Assembly (NCBI GenBank): GCA_046563655.1
Contig: CM102288.1
Location: 1,798,001-1,862,000 of the forward strand
Direction of reading: 5' to 3'
Source of the DNA: Yuukianura sp. NJ FZ-2021
Taxonomy: Eukaryota
Length of the DNA: 64,000 bases
The notes under the pieces were generated by a model. The model was given only the letters and a program-made list of their open reading frames with translations, ran no database searches and was not told where the DNA came from. This document shows positions 1 through 14,217 of the stretch, in pieces (within the stretch, counting starts at the first letter, position 1; each line of letters starts with the position of its first letter). The position numbers and the translations under genes are program-made.

Positions 1-2934
1 TGTTAACTCGCCAGTTAATCATAATCATTTTTCTTACTTCCTCCGTCATATTTCCATACAAAAGCCATTCCAGTCTAACTTTCTGAAGAAACTCTTTCAA
101 AAACTTTGTCAGATCTTCCAGAGTGACACCTAGGAGGAAACGAATTTGCAATCACAATCCAATATTTTAGGTTACAAGACAAACCTTTGAGAGCTTCAAG
201 CATTTCTTCATGAGTCCAACGCTTCTCCCTCAGCAAATAACCCAAATACCAATTGGCATGTTTGCTTGGTTGTTCTTTTCTCCAGTTACTCAGTGCCCTT
301 GAGTATGCCTCCTTCATAACAACAAATCTTTCTGGGTCACAACAATAAGTGACCAAGCGTTCAACAACTTTCTGGAGTAGGACTCCCAGCTTGTGATCAT
401 AACCGGCAACATAAATCTACACAAACCAAAAAATATTACAATCAAACCAAATTATTAACCACCGATAGTAAAAGATAAAAACAGGAAGAAAAAAATCAGA
501 AATTGACAGATTACGTACCTCTAATCCATAAACAGATTCCAACAAATGGTATTTGAGTCCTGATACACTTGCGTTGTAGGTAACTTCAGTAAGCGAATCC
601 TCCACTAATCGTTTCAACAGTCCAACCAAAGTTTGATTCAATGGAGACATCTTTGGAAGTGGACTGCAAATGATAAAATTTTTGACGTTGATACAAAAAC
701 CGTATCCAGTAAAATTTTACCTTGAGATCTCCACTCGAACAACAGCCTTTGGTAAAAGGAATTCATTATCTTGCAAAAAGAAAGCTCGGCTCAATGGACC
801 ATTCGATATTTTTCGTGGAATAATTCCCTAGAAGTAAAAAAAATTACTTAATCTTAATTACTTAATTACTCGTATTAATTCATGAATTGAATTGGTAACT
901 CAAAAATATGGAACAAAAATTACCGTATTATCTCTTGGTTTCAATTCAAAAACGGATGGAATAAATTCGTTCTTTAGTGGAAGGTGTAGCTCTGCATTTA
1001 GACCACAGTTTTTCCACTTCTGAATCAGTTCAGCGTCAATTTTTTCCACAGCATACTGGATTCCGTAGTATTGTTCCACTTGATCCGCCTTAGACTCATT
1101 TTCCTTCGCAAAAACGGTGATCCTGCCAAAATCAAATGGGCAATTTGATCACTATTTTAACCTCAAACTCTAACATTACTCATCACATTAGAATTAAAAA
1201 CAAAAAACTGATCAATACCTGCACTTTTCTGGAACTAAATTCGTCATTAGCATTACAATTTCCTCAGGATTGTATTCCGTTATGAGGTAGTCCGCGCTCA
1301 GTACATCCTCCAATGGATACGACTAATTAAACAATTGAAATACAGTATAGAGCAACACATAAAGTGAAAGGAATCAGATGAGTTTCTTACAAGCATTTTT
1401 GGAGTCAGATCACATACTGTGTCTTCTGGACACTTTTGATCCAGAAATCTGAAATTCATGGCTTCCACATCACGAAGTTCTTCCCAAACCCATTGCTGTG
1501 GTCCACTTTGACGAATCATTTCTAAATACTGAATGAAATAAAAAAATTTTATTAACCATATTGCAAGCAACATGGAAGTTAAAGTGATTCAAAGAGGAGT
1601 ATTAATTTAATTTGAGATTTACCTGAAATAGAATTTCGGCAATTTCATCAACATGTTGAAGTCCGCTTTTCGATAGCTCCATTTCGATTGAAGCCATTCC
1701 GAATCCGCGGGCTTCCGTGGCAATATCCGCTGAAAGTTCGTTGACCCAGCCTTTCTTTTTCAAAAGTGACAGCAGTGACCCCGAACTTTCATGGCCCAGC
1801 AAGTGAGTGAGATAGTGAGTCGACTGTAAAACATTCAGATTAACTTATAATCTTCTCAGGAGAGTGAAACGTTGATAAACTTACCCCTGCTTTGTATCTG
1901 TCGGTGGTATCCGGAAACGGAAAGACGACACTCATCTGGCGAAGGTCTTTGACTGGAACGACGTAGACCTTTATTCCAACATGGTCAGCATCAAATGGAC
2001 TCTCAGGCCAGACTTCCATCTCAGCATCCGAGTTTTTGACAAGCGAGAAAAGTGGAGTCGCCATGTTTTCCAGTTCATCCAGACTTTCTCGGCCCAACAC
2101 AGCCAACGCCATTATGTTGGACGAGTAGAACTTCGCATGATATTCTTTCAACGCTGCAATAATGTCGATCCCATTTGCCTTCGGGTTGGTCCACAGAGTT
2201 TCCAAGTTTCCAGTCCCGAACTTGGAGTAACTATGACGTGGGTTAGAAGTACATTGCTGAATTGCGTTTGATCGCCAGTCATCGTCCGTGATGTTTTTGT
2301 CGTGTTCGGATGCAACCGCTTGTATTTCTCGCTCCGTCGAATTTTCATTGAACAAAGGACTGATGAAAAATTGAGCGAACCTTGAAAGACAGTGATAAGG
2401 TTAGAACCTGCTACAAAGTTTCTTGAAAGTGGCAAGGATTAGAAAGCGGCATTACCGATCTAAACTCGCGACGAGCTTATCAGGAGAGATGTCGAAGTGA
2501 TAGTTCGTATGGTCATGTTCCGTGAAAGCATTCGAGCCGCCGCCGTGGTCACTGAGGAACTTATCGAACTCATTCTCGACAGGATACTTTTCAGTTCCGA
2601 GAAAGCACATGTGCTCTGCAAAGTGGAATAAACCTGGAAGCTCTTCCGGATCCGACATACTCCCTGTGCAAAGAAAAAAGATAGACAGAATGCCTGCTGG
2701 TGTTTTAATAAGATAATAAGGATTATGGTTACCTCCTCCCACAGTAATTGACGCTGCTGCCTTCTCAGCTTTCGAATCACTTATGAGCATCACCTTGAGC
2801 TTGTTATCTAAAACGTATGCTCGATAAAGGCGGTGATCGGAGGCTGACTTTGTCACAATGATTTCTTCCTTCATTTTCTTCTGCTGCAACTGCAGGCTAG
2901 ACACACCAGGAGCAGTGCCAGCATCCATCCCCAT
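1..2934 (-). CDS. IDE: Insulin-degrading enzyme (peptidase M16A), multi-exon, 3' end runs off the window; first in-frame AUG at 2934
   Basis: Exons encode LDNKLKVMLISD..KAAASI, GSMSDPEELPGLFHFAEHMCFLGTEKYP (inverted HxxEH zinc motif), GGGSNAFT, KFGTGNLETL, FYSSNIMALAVLG and LGHESSGSLLSLLKKKGW; GT-AG introns throughout. Confidence 0.95.
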
Positions 2935-3771
2935 AATTCCGACTCCGAGTGATTTCTAGAAATCAAAATCAAGAAAGTGTCATAAAAATATTGAATGACC
3001 CACCTTGCCCTGGGATAGGTGTGTCATATATTCATTGACCAAGAAATTGTGATGGCAATGCTCCAAACTTACCCCCTTTAGTACACTTGACAACTGGCGA
3101 ACCGGTAACTGTGATGGTAACCTGGAACTGGAAATTACCCGGGACGAAAAGTAGCGAAGACAACCTACCCGAAGTGCGTAAACAAATTTTGCCAGCGCAA
3201 ACAGTGACCACTTCCAACGTCGTATGTTTTGTTGAGCCTCCTCAGTATAACAGTACAAAAGACAACTAGCTGATGACGACAGCAAGTCTAATTATTAATC
3301 GGAGACCGGATTTGTTTGTGCAGTAGTCCAGTGTCCGGCCGAGGGCGAGGGCCGACAACTTTAAATTTTTCGCTTATCTACCGCAAACTCGCGAAGGGTT
3401 CTATGGGAGAGATAGGAAATTGCACTTTCACCCAGAGCACCAGATGTGGGCATCCCAGTTCTCCCTATCTCATACATGGGGGCACAATTTAGTTAAAGTT
3501 AGGTTAGGTTAAGTTAGGGTAGTGACCGCCCAAAACTAATTACAGATTCGTAATCAGCGTAAAAAACTGAGTTAATTGAGATTTTTATCTCAATTAAACG
3601 AGCTTCGCGAGTTTTCGGCAGGAGTTCCAAATTTTTTGACACCAACAGCAGCTGATGGGGGGGAGGGGGAGGGTGCAAAACAGGTGGAAGAAAAAAAGAA
3701 GATCATTTTCGCATTTCGCGGGCTTCAAAGAATTAGCATTTTCACTAACATTCTTTATCAGCTTCCTTTAT

Positions 3772-5699
3772 TTAGAAAAAGTTTTTAAAAAATCGTATTA
3801 CTAAATGAACCCACAGTGGAACACGACGATCACTCTGCATCCACACCGATTCCTCAAAAGGATTGGAATGCGCATAGAGTCGTTCCTGTTCCGATTCTAA
3901 AGCTAGCCGCAAGGACTCATTCTTGGACACAATGAACAGTTGTGTTTCCAAATCACGGTATACAGAGCGATATCCTGTTTAAAAACAATTTCAATTAAAA
4001 TTGTGATTGAATAGTGCCAATTTTCTGTAATGATACCAAAGTTCGGTGAACCAATGAGCGTTACAAATGGTAACTGTTCTCCCGGTGGGTAAAACCAAAG
4101 TCCTTTTCCATGAAATGTCCACCCTTGTCTAAAATACTCTTTCATTTCTATTCGTTGATCTTGCGAAGCAGCGACAGCCTCCCGCCAAAATCGTTTAGCT
4201 AAAAGCGTATAAGCAGCTGGAATCCCTCCAGCAGGAAACTTTGCTCCGAAAAAACCATTTGCCTAAAAACGACAAGAAAACGTTGGAATTTGAAATGTTT
4301 GTTAAGATATTCTCACCTTCGGATGGGCCATCAGGATTTGAAACTGTGCTGCGGGATTGGAAATAATAGCGTCGATGTAGTCGGGTGTAAGATTGAAGTA
4401 TCCTGTGGCAAGTTTGACTCTGGAATTCGGTGACAATTGATTGAAAACATGCAGCGTAGCTGCTGTATCGTTGAAGATTCCAAATGGGCCCATTTGAATT
4501 AAAGGAAAGATCCATGTGTCTGAATCCGATTCTGAAGTGGCATGATTTTCAGTTAAACAGACACGATGTCGTGAATTGCTGCTTTCAATACAACGGTCGT
4601 AGTAGCCCATAATGTGATGTTTCGCAGCAGCGATGAATTTTTTGGAATCTCCGGTTACAGGATCTAATGTCCAATTGGGGTGGAGATGGATGTTATTCTT
4701 TGAATCCAGTCGAAAAGAAAACTCTGACACGCCAGAGATGAGACCATCATAAAAATCAGCTAACTCCTCGCAATCGTCAATGATAATGTACCGATCTTGC
4801 CGATTTGTAAAGTAGTCATTTGATAAATTAGCACTACAGAAGAGTCAGAATTAGGCTAGGTCACGCAAATTAATTTAGAAAAAAAAACAGTTGCGTTACC
4901 CGGATATCATGACAGAGTTGTCGAAAATGTAAACTTTCATGTGCTGAAGTCCCACTAATTCATTCCACCGCTGCGGCAGTATTTTCTTCCGAGCTCCTCG
5001 AAGCGTCGGAGTATGATATAGAAAAACATTACACGAAGGATATTGCAACAAGGGTTCTAGCATTGTCCTTGAACTGACTTTTCCTCGTGTTCCCCGAGCA
5101 TAATCCAGAAGTATTGTCACTTTCAGATTGGTCACGTTCTCTAACCGCTGCCTTAAGGTCGACACCTAAACGTTCAGAATTAAGAAATTTACGTAATTCG
5201 AAAATTATTTAAGTTCAAGTTCAATTACCAGCTCCTGTTCCATAGTTCCCGTTCCAAGGTACAACGAAGCCAGTGTGATTCGTCGTGTGGCCGTTTTCGA
5301 CTTTTCAATCAACGTTTTGTAGTACTCATCTGGTGTTAAAAGTACCCTGACATTTGAGCCCTTAGTTACATAACCCGGTGCGTAGTCAGCCAACCACCGC
5401 CATGACTCCAGGTTTCCATCCAGTAATTTTTCAGTATCTTTATGTTCATCCCATCGTTTGGTCCTTGACTTTAAATTCCGGAGACTTGGTGGATCGTTTC
5501 CATCAACTTGTACCTCGACTTGTGAGAATTGAGTAGTGCCTGTGGAATTTGTATTAGTGACATTTGGTGAAGGAACATTGAATGGCCGCTGATACCCGGT
5601 TCCCGTTGCAGAGGCATTACTGGAAAATGATCTCAGTGACCTGACCTTGACCACCACGTTCTGTAGTTGAAACTTACGGAGAGCAGCAATACACTGCAT
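3772..5699 (-). CDS. PGS1: Mitochondrial CDP-diacylglycerol--glycerol-3-phosphate 3-phosphatidyltransferase (PLD superfamily), multi-exon
   Basis: Motifs RRITLASLYLGTG, ILLDYARGTRG, LYHTP, RWNELVGLQHMKVYIFDNSVMISG, LATGYFN, GWTFHGKGLW and TLIGSPNFGYRS; C-terminus DRRVPLWVHLVIRFFKNFF*; basic N-terminus resembling a presequence. Confidence 0.95.
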
Positions 5700-6233
5700 C
5701 AATGCCAATCTGTAGTCAGTAGTTGGTACCGAATTAATTCATTAAGTTAATCAGATCACAATCAACTGCCAAGTTATGTAAACACAAACACATGATTTTC
5801 TAGACAACCTGAACAAAAACACACCACACAACTTTGCTGCACCCGTCTGTCTCTAATACCACAAGTGGGCAAAAAACTGAATTCCACAAAAATATTACTC
5901 ACTGTTTCCTTTTCGGGCAACTGATATTAGAGTTAAACAGATAATAGCTTCATACAATATACAAATTATTAGTAGTTATTAATTAACTAAATTAATTAAT
6001 TAATATGCATGAGTTAATGCATTAACTACTATTTACAAAACAAAAACTATAAACTAAAAATGCACAACTATGTTGACACTATTGTGATTAGGGTAATGTG
6101 TGATAGTTTTTGTCTTTCCATTTTGTTTTGATTTTGCAAAATAAGAAAATTCTGTAATTTTTTTTTACGTTTTTAACGCTTCTTATTAATCGAAATTTAA
6201 TTGTCACTGCTAAAAGTCGATTTCGCGACGACG

Positions 6234-8863
6234 ATGGACAACGACAGAAGCGATATGAAGAGAAATCGCGACCCTTGGGATCCCTTTGAAGTTCCGCAAC
6301 TCCCTTCATTCAAACGTAAAAGAGACTCGTCCGGTTCGGAAAACGTACGAAACGTATGCCAATATGGTGTCAACTGCTATCGTCGAAGTCCTTCACATTT
6401 TAAGGAATTCAAGCATGTTGATTGTAAGATAAATTGTTCAACTATTATGCTAATGTACTGAGTCTGAATACTGAATAGATTCGACATATTTTGATTTGCA
6501 GTGGAAGCTTTGTTCATGAACATTATTGCCAATGGCGTACCGGTGAGTGCCGCAGAAGTGACCGATGCATTTCCAGACTCCGCTATTGCCAGAGCTCAAC
6601 TAAACATATTGCTGGATAGCGGTATGGAGCAAATTATTAAGTCTGAAGGCGAGGCCACAACAAGCAGTACTCCGCAAATAAGCTCTGCCCCCACGACTAC
6701 TGCGGACAATTTACCTACTACTCCACAGCATGCCTTGGAAGAAGGCATAACAACAAGTGTCGTATCTAAACCAAGTAGCTCAAATTCAACAAATTCCGAT
6801 CTTTCTGCCAATGAACGACAAATTGAGGAACCTGGAAGTATCAGCAGTACTTCCAGTCTGGGGAACGTTTCTACTGTGCCAAGGACATACAAGACAGGAA
6901 CTCCTTTAGAGAAATGGGAAACTAGCAGTCCATATAACTTTTTTCTTACTGCAATTCCTGGAGAGCGTAGGAACACTCACTATTCCTTGTCCTTTCAAGG
7001 TGCGTCAGAGTAACAAGTTCGTCTTTAGTTTCAAGCATTGCAATAAGTTCAGTATTTGATTTCCGGTTATTCGCAGAACTGTTCCACCCGTCTTTTGGAG
7101 ATATTGAGAAACTGTGTCACTTCAATTTCATGGTTGAAGTAGACTGGTACTTGGACGAAATTCAGAGTGCATCAGTGGAGTAAAACTTATTTTTTGACGT
7201 TATAAATAATCTTAACCATGAAATGAATTTACATGTATTGTATTGCAGGGGAAAGGAGACAAATATCGTGTTTGGAGTAGAATCACCGGAACTGGAAGAA
7301 GCTTCTCGTGCATTCCCGTGGCTGACGGTGTGTCTTGTTAAGTCTCCGTTTCCATTTGGCCACCATCACACGTAAGTTGTTTATTATCCATGACGCAGTA
7401 TAATGCTGACGATACTCAATTACAATTTGTTATCTCTTTGAAGCAAAATGTCGTTCATTCAGTATTCTGACGGGTCCATGCGTTTTATCGTTTACACTGC
7501 CAACCTAATCGAATCGGACTGGGATAATCGAACTCAGGGGTAAACAAGCATCATCTCCAGAAAAAGTGAAATGTTAACGAAAGTTAGGAACCTTGTACTT
7601 TTTCTTCAAACAGGATATGGATGAGTCCTAGATGTCCGAAAATGGTGGAAGGAGGTAACTCCAATATCAGTGTTACTGGTAGCTTATTCAAGTCCCACTT
7701 AATTGAATACCTCAACTCGTATCCATCCAAATGTGGCCTATCTTCATGGATTAGTGCGATTCGCAAAATTGACACTACAGAAATCAAGTGAGTTTGAACG
7801 CAAAATTGTTCCAAGGATAATTTCAGAAAAAAATTTTGTGCTGAACAGAGTACTGTTTGTTGGATCTGCCCCTGTAACTGCTCAATCTTCACAGAATGGA
7901 TTTCAGTGGGGCCAGAAGAAGGTGGAATCAATGCTGAAACGCTTCAAACCTCCTTCAGAGATGGACTCCAATTGGCCACTCCACATCCAATGTTCATCAA
8001 TCGGTAAACTTAGATTTACGAACCAAGAAGGAAGTACTAAAACTTACATCTAGAGTTTTTTTCAAGGTTCTCTCGGTCCAACTGATGAGTGGCTGCGGAC
8101 AGAATTTGGACGTCAACTGGGGCCTGGTGCTTGGTCACCTTCCACTCCTGTCAAAGTGGTAAGTATTTCTCATGTATTTAAAATTACTTATAAAAGTTAA
8201 AAACATTGATGACTTTGTGATTGGATTGGCCATTTAGGTGTATCCATCGGACCAAAATGTTCGTCGAAGTGTTGATGGAATCCTTGGCGGAAGTTGTTTG
8301 CCGTACTCAAGATCAACACACTCCAGACAAACGTGGCTCAAGAAACTCTTGCAGTAAGAATTATATTTTGACGTTATACTAAAAATAATATCGAAATTGA
8401 AATTATTAGTTCGTTTTCTTTTTTTCTAGCCAATGGAAAAGCGATTTGGTCGGAAGAAGTCGGAATATGCCACACATCAAGACATACGGCAGAGTTTCTC
8501 CAGATGGAACTAAACTGGCTTGGTTTGTTCTAACTTCTGCAAATCTTAGCAAGGCAGCATGGGGTAAATTGAACAAGAACCAAGACAGACTGACAGTCAT
8601 GTCATGGGAAGCCGGTGTTCTCTTCATTCCGCAGCATTTTGTAAGCAGAACTTAAACTAAATAATAAAACTATTTTTATAATCAATGAGTTCAATTAAGA
8701 TTGAGTCTTTGTCTTTCCATAGGGTTCCTCTGAAGCTTTCCGAATTTCAACCTCCAGAGATCCAGAAGAGAACACGTTCCGTCTTCCATACGACATCCCT
8801 CTTACCAAATACGAACCAAGTGACGAACCATGGAATATCGAAACGTTAAGGGATGCCCAGTAA
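6234..8863 (+). CDS. TDP1: Tyrosyl-DNA phosphodiesterase 1 (glaikit-like) with N-terminal PBZ zinc finger, multi-exon
   Basis: PBZ motif [20 protein letters not shown]; catalytic PFGHHHTKM and [53 protein letters not shown] and [14 protein letters not shown]. Confidence 0.95.
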
Positions 8864-9430
8864 TCAATCCAGTATCAGGATTCCTGTGTACTTTAAAAAT
8901 CATAACATCATGAACGCGAGCCGTTGTAAAACCAGAAGTAATATAATCTCGATAACTTAAGTTTGTTAGAACTTTTGTATCGTAAAGCGAAGGTAAGGCG
9001 CCGATTAAAAATTAAATGGCATAGACTCTGCTTTCTTAGTGGTACACAGATCTGCATGAGGAAGACTTCTTCGATTACACTTCTATCTAATACAAAAAAA
9101 AATGGTATAAAAATGGTGAACGAAAGTAATCTCAATTTCAATTTCCTTAAGAAAGTATTAGGAATTCATGGAAATCGTCAACAAAAAACCACCATCCAGT
9201 CTGTCGTCACCACCAAAAGTATCTCCAAATCATCAGCATGGTAAAAGATTAGCTAAAAATAAGAAAATTGAGCTGTGGTTTCCACTAATTAACGCGTTTT
9301 TCCTCTTTTAGATAAAGTTTACGTAAAGTGTTAATTATGGAATCCACAATTCCAGGATTCTGGTGCACTCGTGCATCAGTTGTAGCAGTTTAGAGGAACA
9401 TGGAAAGACCAACGACATAAAAACGACAAT

Positions 9431-12400
9431 ATGGCTACTATTGTTCTTTACGTTTTCGTATTTTGTATTTTGGCGCCTGGAGAAGTAGTTGAAGGAGTGT
9501 CGACCAATCACATCATCCTGATCACGCAGCCTACCCAATCACAGGATTCATGGTTTGCCTACTCCCATTTATTCCTTCCAGCTGCGGAATTTTCTACGCC
9601 ATCGTAAGTAAAATTACGTCAAAAAAAATATGAAAACAAAAAGTTTTTTTTTTTTCAAAATTTTCTAGGATTGTTGTGAGTGCTCCCAATGGAAATCAGT
9701 ATGAACACAACGAAATTAGGCCTGGAGTGGTCTGGAAGTGTTTCCTCGGACCAAAATCAGCCAACGAAACATGTCAACAGCTAGCCCTTCCAGGACCCCA
9801 AGTATTACCAGGTAAGTTTTTCAAAATTCAAAATTTTGAAATTCAAAAACTGAAATTTAAAAAAAAATTCTGAATTTACCACTAGATGATCCATGTTACG
9901 AAAAACAGTGCGAGTGGAACGACAACGGCTTGCTTGGAATGACGCTTGCCAGCGATGGACGACATCGCTGGTTGGCTTGTGCTCCAAAATGGCAACGAAC
10001 CCTTATAGGCGTTAACCCAAGGCTAAATGGGTTGTGTCACTTTACCAGCGACGTGGAACCGTCAAAACGAGTTGCGCCTTTGACCGATCCAAGTCTCCAA
10101 CTTATCAACCGATTTCCAGTTTACTCGTGGGCACAAGCTGGCTTTTCAGCGACATTCGATGGACCGCAACTCGTCCTTGGAGCGCCAGGATTCAACGGCT
10201 GGAATGGTAAATTTCTCTCAACTGAAAATCTGCCAGGAATTTTCAAAAACGAAAAAAAAAAACGAAATTTCAAAAAAGTTACCTTTTCAAAATTTCAGGA
10301 ACAGTGATACAGTATGGACCGGATGCTGCTGGAAAAGATACTTTCCATGTCTTGGATTTGAAAATTCTCCAGCACATGTTTCAAATTGAGTATCTCGGCT
10401 ACGCTGTAACGAACGGACGATATTTTGAAGATGGCGTATCGCTGATCGCTGCTGGAGCTCCGCGTGGCTCTGGTCTTCGTGGACTCGTTTTTGTGTTTGA
10501 GTTTCCAGGCACTGATGATGATGACATTTGGTTACCAGAGACAAGCATGGAAGGAGACACTCTCGGAGGCTACTTTGGATCTGTCATGGCTTCAGGCGAT
10601 GTCAACGGAGATGGCACTGATGAACTCATTGTAGGAGCTCCACTTCGGCCTAGAATTGACGCCTCCGGTGACATTTTTGCCGCCGGAACTTCCGGGTTTA
10701 AAACGGGAACGGGAGAGGAAGGATGCATTTTCGTCTTCACAAGCAAAGAAGTACTGTAAACTTTCATAATTTTAAGTTTTAAAAAGTATTACAAATTGTT
10801 GATGAAAAGTGATTTTTTTTTGTGATATAAGGTTGCAAGAGCATTTGGAAAACCAGAGATCATTTGCGGATCACGATACAGAGGAGCTCGATTTGGACAA
10901 GCAATAGCCGTCCTTGGAGATATCAACGATGATGGATTCCAAGGTTCAAAATTTTTGAAAATTGTGAAAGTTTTGTAAAATTTTTACGTTTTTTTTTCTA
11001 AGATTTGGGTATTGGAGCGCCGTTTGAAGACGACGAGGGAGCGTTGTACATTTACCATGGAGAGGCTAATTTTGGACTAAATCGGAACTTAAATCCAAGA
11101 CTGGCGTCTCAAACGATTCGACCTTCAGCGGATGCTGGATTGGTCCTTAAGGGCTTCGGATCGTCTGTTTTCGGCGGAGTAGATTTGGATAGCAATGGAA
11201 CTCCAGGTTTTAAGCAAAAATTCAAAAAAAAAATTCAAATTTTATAAAAATTTGATAGTGTGTAATTTGCATTAGATATTGGAATTGGAGCGTTCAAGTC
11301 AGAAGCATTGATGATTCTTAGAACACGTAAAAACTTACCAGTGGAAAACACGATTCAATTGATCGTCAATGGATCAATTGTGAACGCCTTGGAAGAAGGA
11401 ACTAGTGAATTCGTTTGTAAAATTTGTACAACAATTGGACTCGGAGAGGACATCCAAGCGTTGAAAACAGAGCTGGGTAAAACAAAAAAAATCAATGAGG
11501 TGCTAAATTGAAAAAAAAACTGTAAATTTTTTTGAATTTTGTTACTTCAAGGTTATTATCAAGTCGACGTAGAAGTGACCTTTGACCCGAATCGCAAACG
11601 TTACGAAGTGATGGGCGCTCTTCTGAAGGACAATATTTACTCGTATCGAATCTCCGACTATGGAACGATTCTGATACTGGCTCTTCGCATGGACCTCAAC
11701 CATACCGAACCACTCTGTACTGTTTGGAACATTCAGAAAAAATTGCTTGACGAGGTGCACCTAAAAGAATACTTCCAAATTATTAACTTTTCAAAATTTT
11801 GATGATTTCTTAACTTAGAATGATGAACCTTTTCCTGGAGATGACTTTACGGAGGTAAATCTTGCATGGGAAGCAAGTTATGCTTCGTCTGATGCTTACG
11901 ACGAGGTTGGTACTCGCAAGTATGTACTGACAGGAAACAAATTTCACGTTGACGGAGAAGGTAAGGCAAAGCAGTTTCAAATTTTGAAAAAAAAACACGA
12001 AAAAAAAAACAACGTTTTTTATTAAATAATACTCAGATTTTGATGCCTTCTGTGCCTTGTGTCCCGAAGACACGCCGAGTAAAGGAGTTTTGACGTTTCC
12101 TATCAACCCGTCGTGTCACGATTCTTGTCAAGCAAACTTTGACCTCCAAATTTCGTTTCAACATCAAAACACGCCAAATGACAGCAAAAGGTTGAACAAC
12201 TCACAAAATCATTCAGCTAACAAGTTAAAAAAATTAACTAAGGTAGTGCCTTGATTTATAATTTCAGTTGGAATGTTGGATCTACACCGCTGGAACTTGT
12301 TCTAAAAATTATAAATTTTGGACAAATCGCTGGAACTCCAACGGTTGAAGTTAGGTGGATACCACATTCACTTTCGTTTTCACACTTTGAGCCTTTCTGT

Positions 12401-14002
12401 ACACTAAACTCAACGGCTGGAAAAACTATTCAGTGTTCCACTGGTGCTCTGTCTAGAAAACAATCCGTAAGTTCACAATATTTTACGTCATGAATCATCA
12501 TGACTCATGATTCATGAAAAGTTTCAGCATTTCGAGTCATGATTCATGAATCATGATTCATGTAAGCTTTGTGTCAAATGTCAAAGTCAAACTGAATTTT
12601 CATTTAGGAATCAATTCGGTTGACCCTGGAACCATTTTACCCCAGAGCCAAGGTCACGCTGCTTCAAATCTCCGCTGTTCTTTCCACCCCAAGTCAAAAC
12701 GTTTCAGAGGAATCTGAAAACGTAAAATTTTCAGACGGGCCTGAAACGGCTGAAATTTCACTCATTTCTGAAGCAGCCTTGGGGTACTTCAAGGCCTCTA
12801 CGAACACTATATTCCTCAATGGACGCCAATCAAAATCAGAATTTAGACAAACATTCAAAGTAAGAAAAAATTTCAAAAATTTCTCTTTTTCTTTATCTCA
12901 AAGATAAATCGAAACGTCAGCGATTCAGCAGCGTAGTCGCTGAAATGAAAAAATTGAGTTGACTATGAGCCAAGTCGTGCTTAAAAACACTTTGATTAAT
13001 TCCAGATGCAACTTTCGGGTGCCAGCGGAGCAGAAGTGGACTACAGCTTCTGGTTTCCAGCGTCTTTTCGGAATCACATTCTCACCAGTCTCTATCCACC
13101 AATTGTAAATTAACATTTCGAAATTTCAAAAAATTCTAAAATTCTAAAACTGACTTTTGACCTTTGACTTTTTTGTAGGGCAAAGGATGTGAGGTCAAGA
13201 ACCATGGACATGTACTTCCATATGAAGAGAGTACCGATGCAGAAGCGATGCCCAACGTAGTGACCTGCTCTACCCCAGAGGTCACGTGTCTCAAGGTCAA
13301 TTGTTTCGGCAGACGACTTAATGCTGGCAAATTAGATGAATTCACATTTCGATTTTCGTTGGACAGTCGGACTATTCGTAAAAATTTACAATTTCTGTCT
13401 AAAGTTAAATGAGAAGTTCAAAATTATTCCATTTTTTAAAATTTTAGGAAAGTTGATGAACGAAAGTAAAGCTGGATTTTTCGAGATTCAGTCCAAAGCG
13501 GAGATGACGATGTTCGGAGTTGTGCATGAAGCTGTGGCGACAACGACATTTCAAGATCCAGAATCCGCAGTGTTGGTTGCCGGGTACAGAAGAATCCCGC
13601 GATTCCGTTTTTGGATTCTACATTTCATTGCGGGTGTCGTGTGTGGAGTTGCAGCAGTCGCTGTAGTGACTTACGTTCTCAAGAAGGTACGATCATCTTA
13701 ACTTTTAATTATACTAATTAAGTTTTATGAAAATGTAAATTTTGAATTTCTAGAAAGGATTCTTCGAACGGAAGCACAAAAAGAAATTGAAACTGTTGAA
13801 AGATCAAATTGCAGAGAGAGATTGGCATTACTCTCCGCTGTACCATGGTTCCAGACCAGGATCGGACGATGAAAGTGAACCGCTGAAAGCCGATCCGGTC
13901 ATACCCGAGCCCAAGAAAGTCGGAATTCAGCTCGTCGCTAAAGAAAAACCGCCAATACACACCCACATTCGAATTTTGAGTTACGAGGAATCACAAAAGT
14001 AA
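9431..14002 (+). CDS. Integrin alpha subunit, multi-exon
   Basis: Signal peptide MATIVLYVFVFCILAPG; FG-GAP repeats ([85 protein letters not shown]); TM segment followed by KKGFFER (GFFKR-like). Confidence 0.92.
12488..12562. repeat. Palindromic TCATGA-based microsatellite in an integrin intron
   Basis: tcatgaatcatcatgactcatgattcatg...gagtcatgattcatgaatcatgattcatg; a short related tract lies at ~22467-22485. Confidence 0.7.
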
Positions 14003-14217
14003 AAAGAAATGAAAACGTTTTTTTGGAAAAAAAAACGTTTTGGATAGTGGGGAAAACGTTTGCAAAACCAACTAAAACGAAGCCGAACTGCAGGGGCAAA
14101 ATGAAACAAAATTATTGTAAGTTATTAAATTGATTAGATGGAGGTATTCAGAAAACTGGAGATTAAAATTTTCAAAATTTTGTGAATTGTGAAAATGGAA
14201 CCTAAAATTTTGAATGT

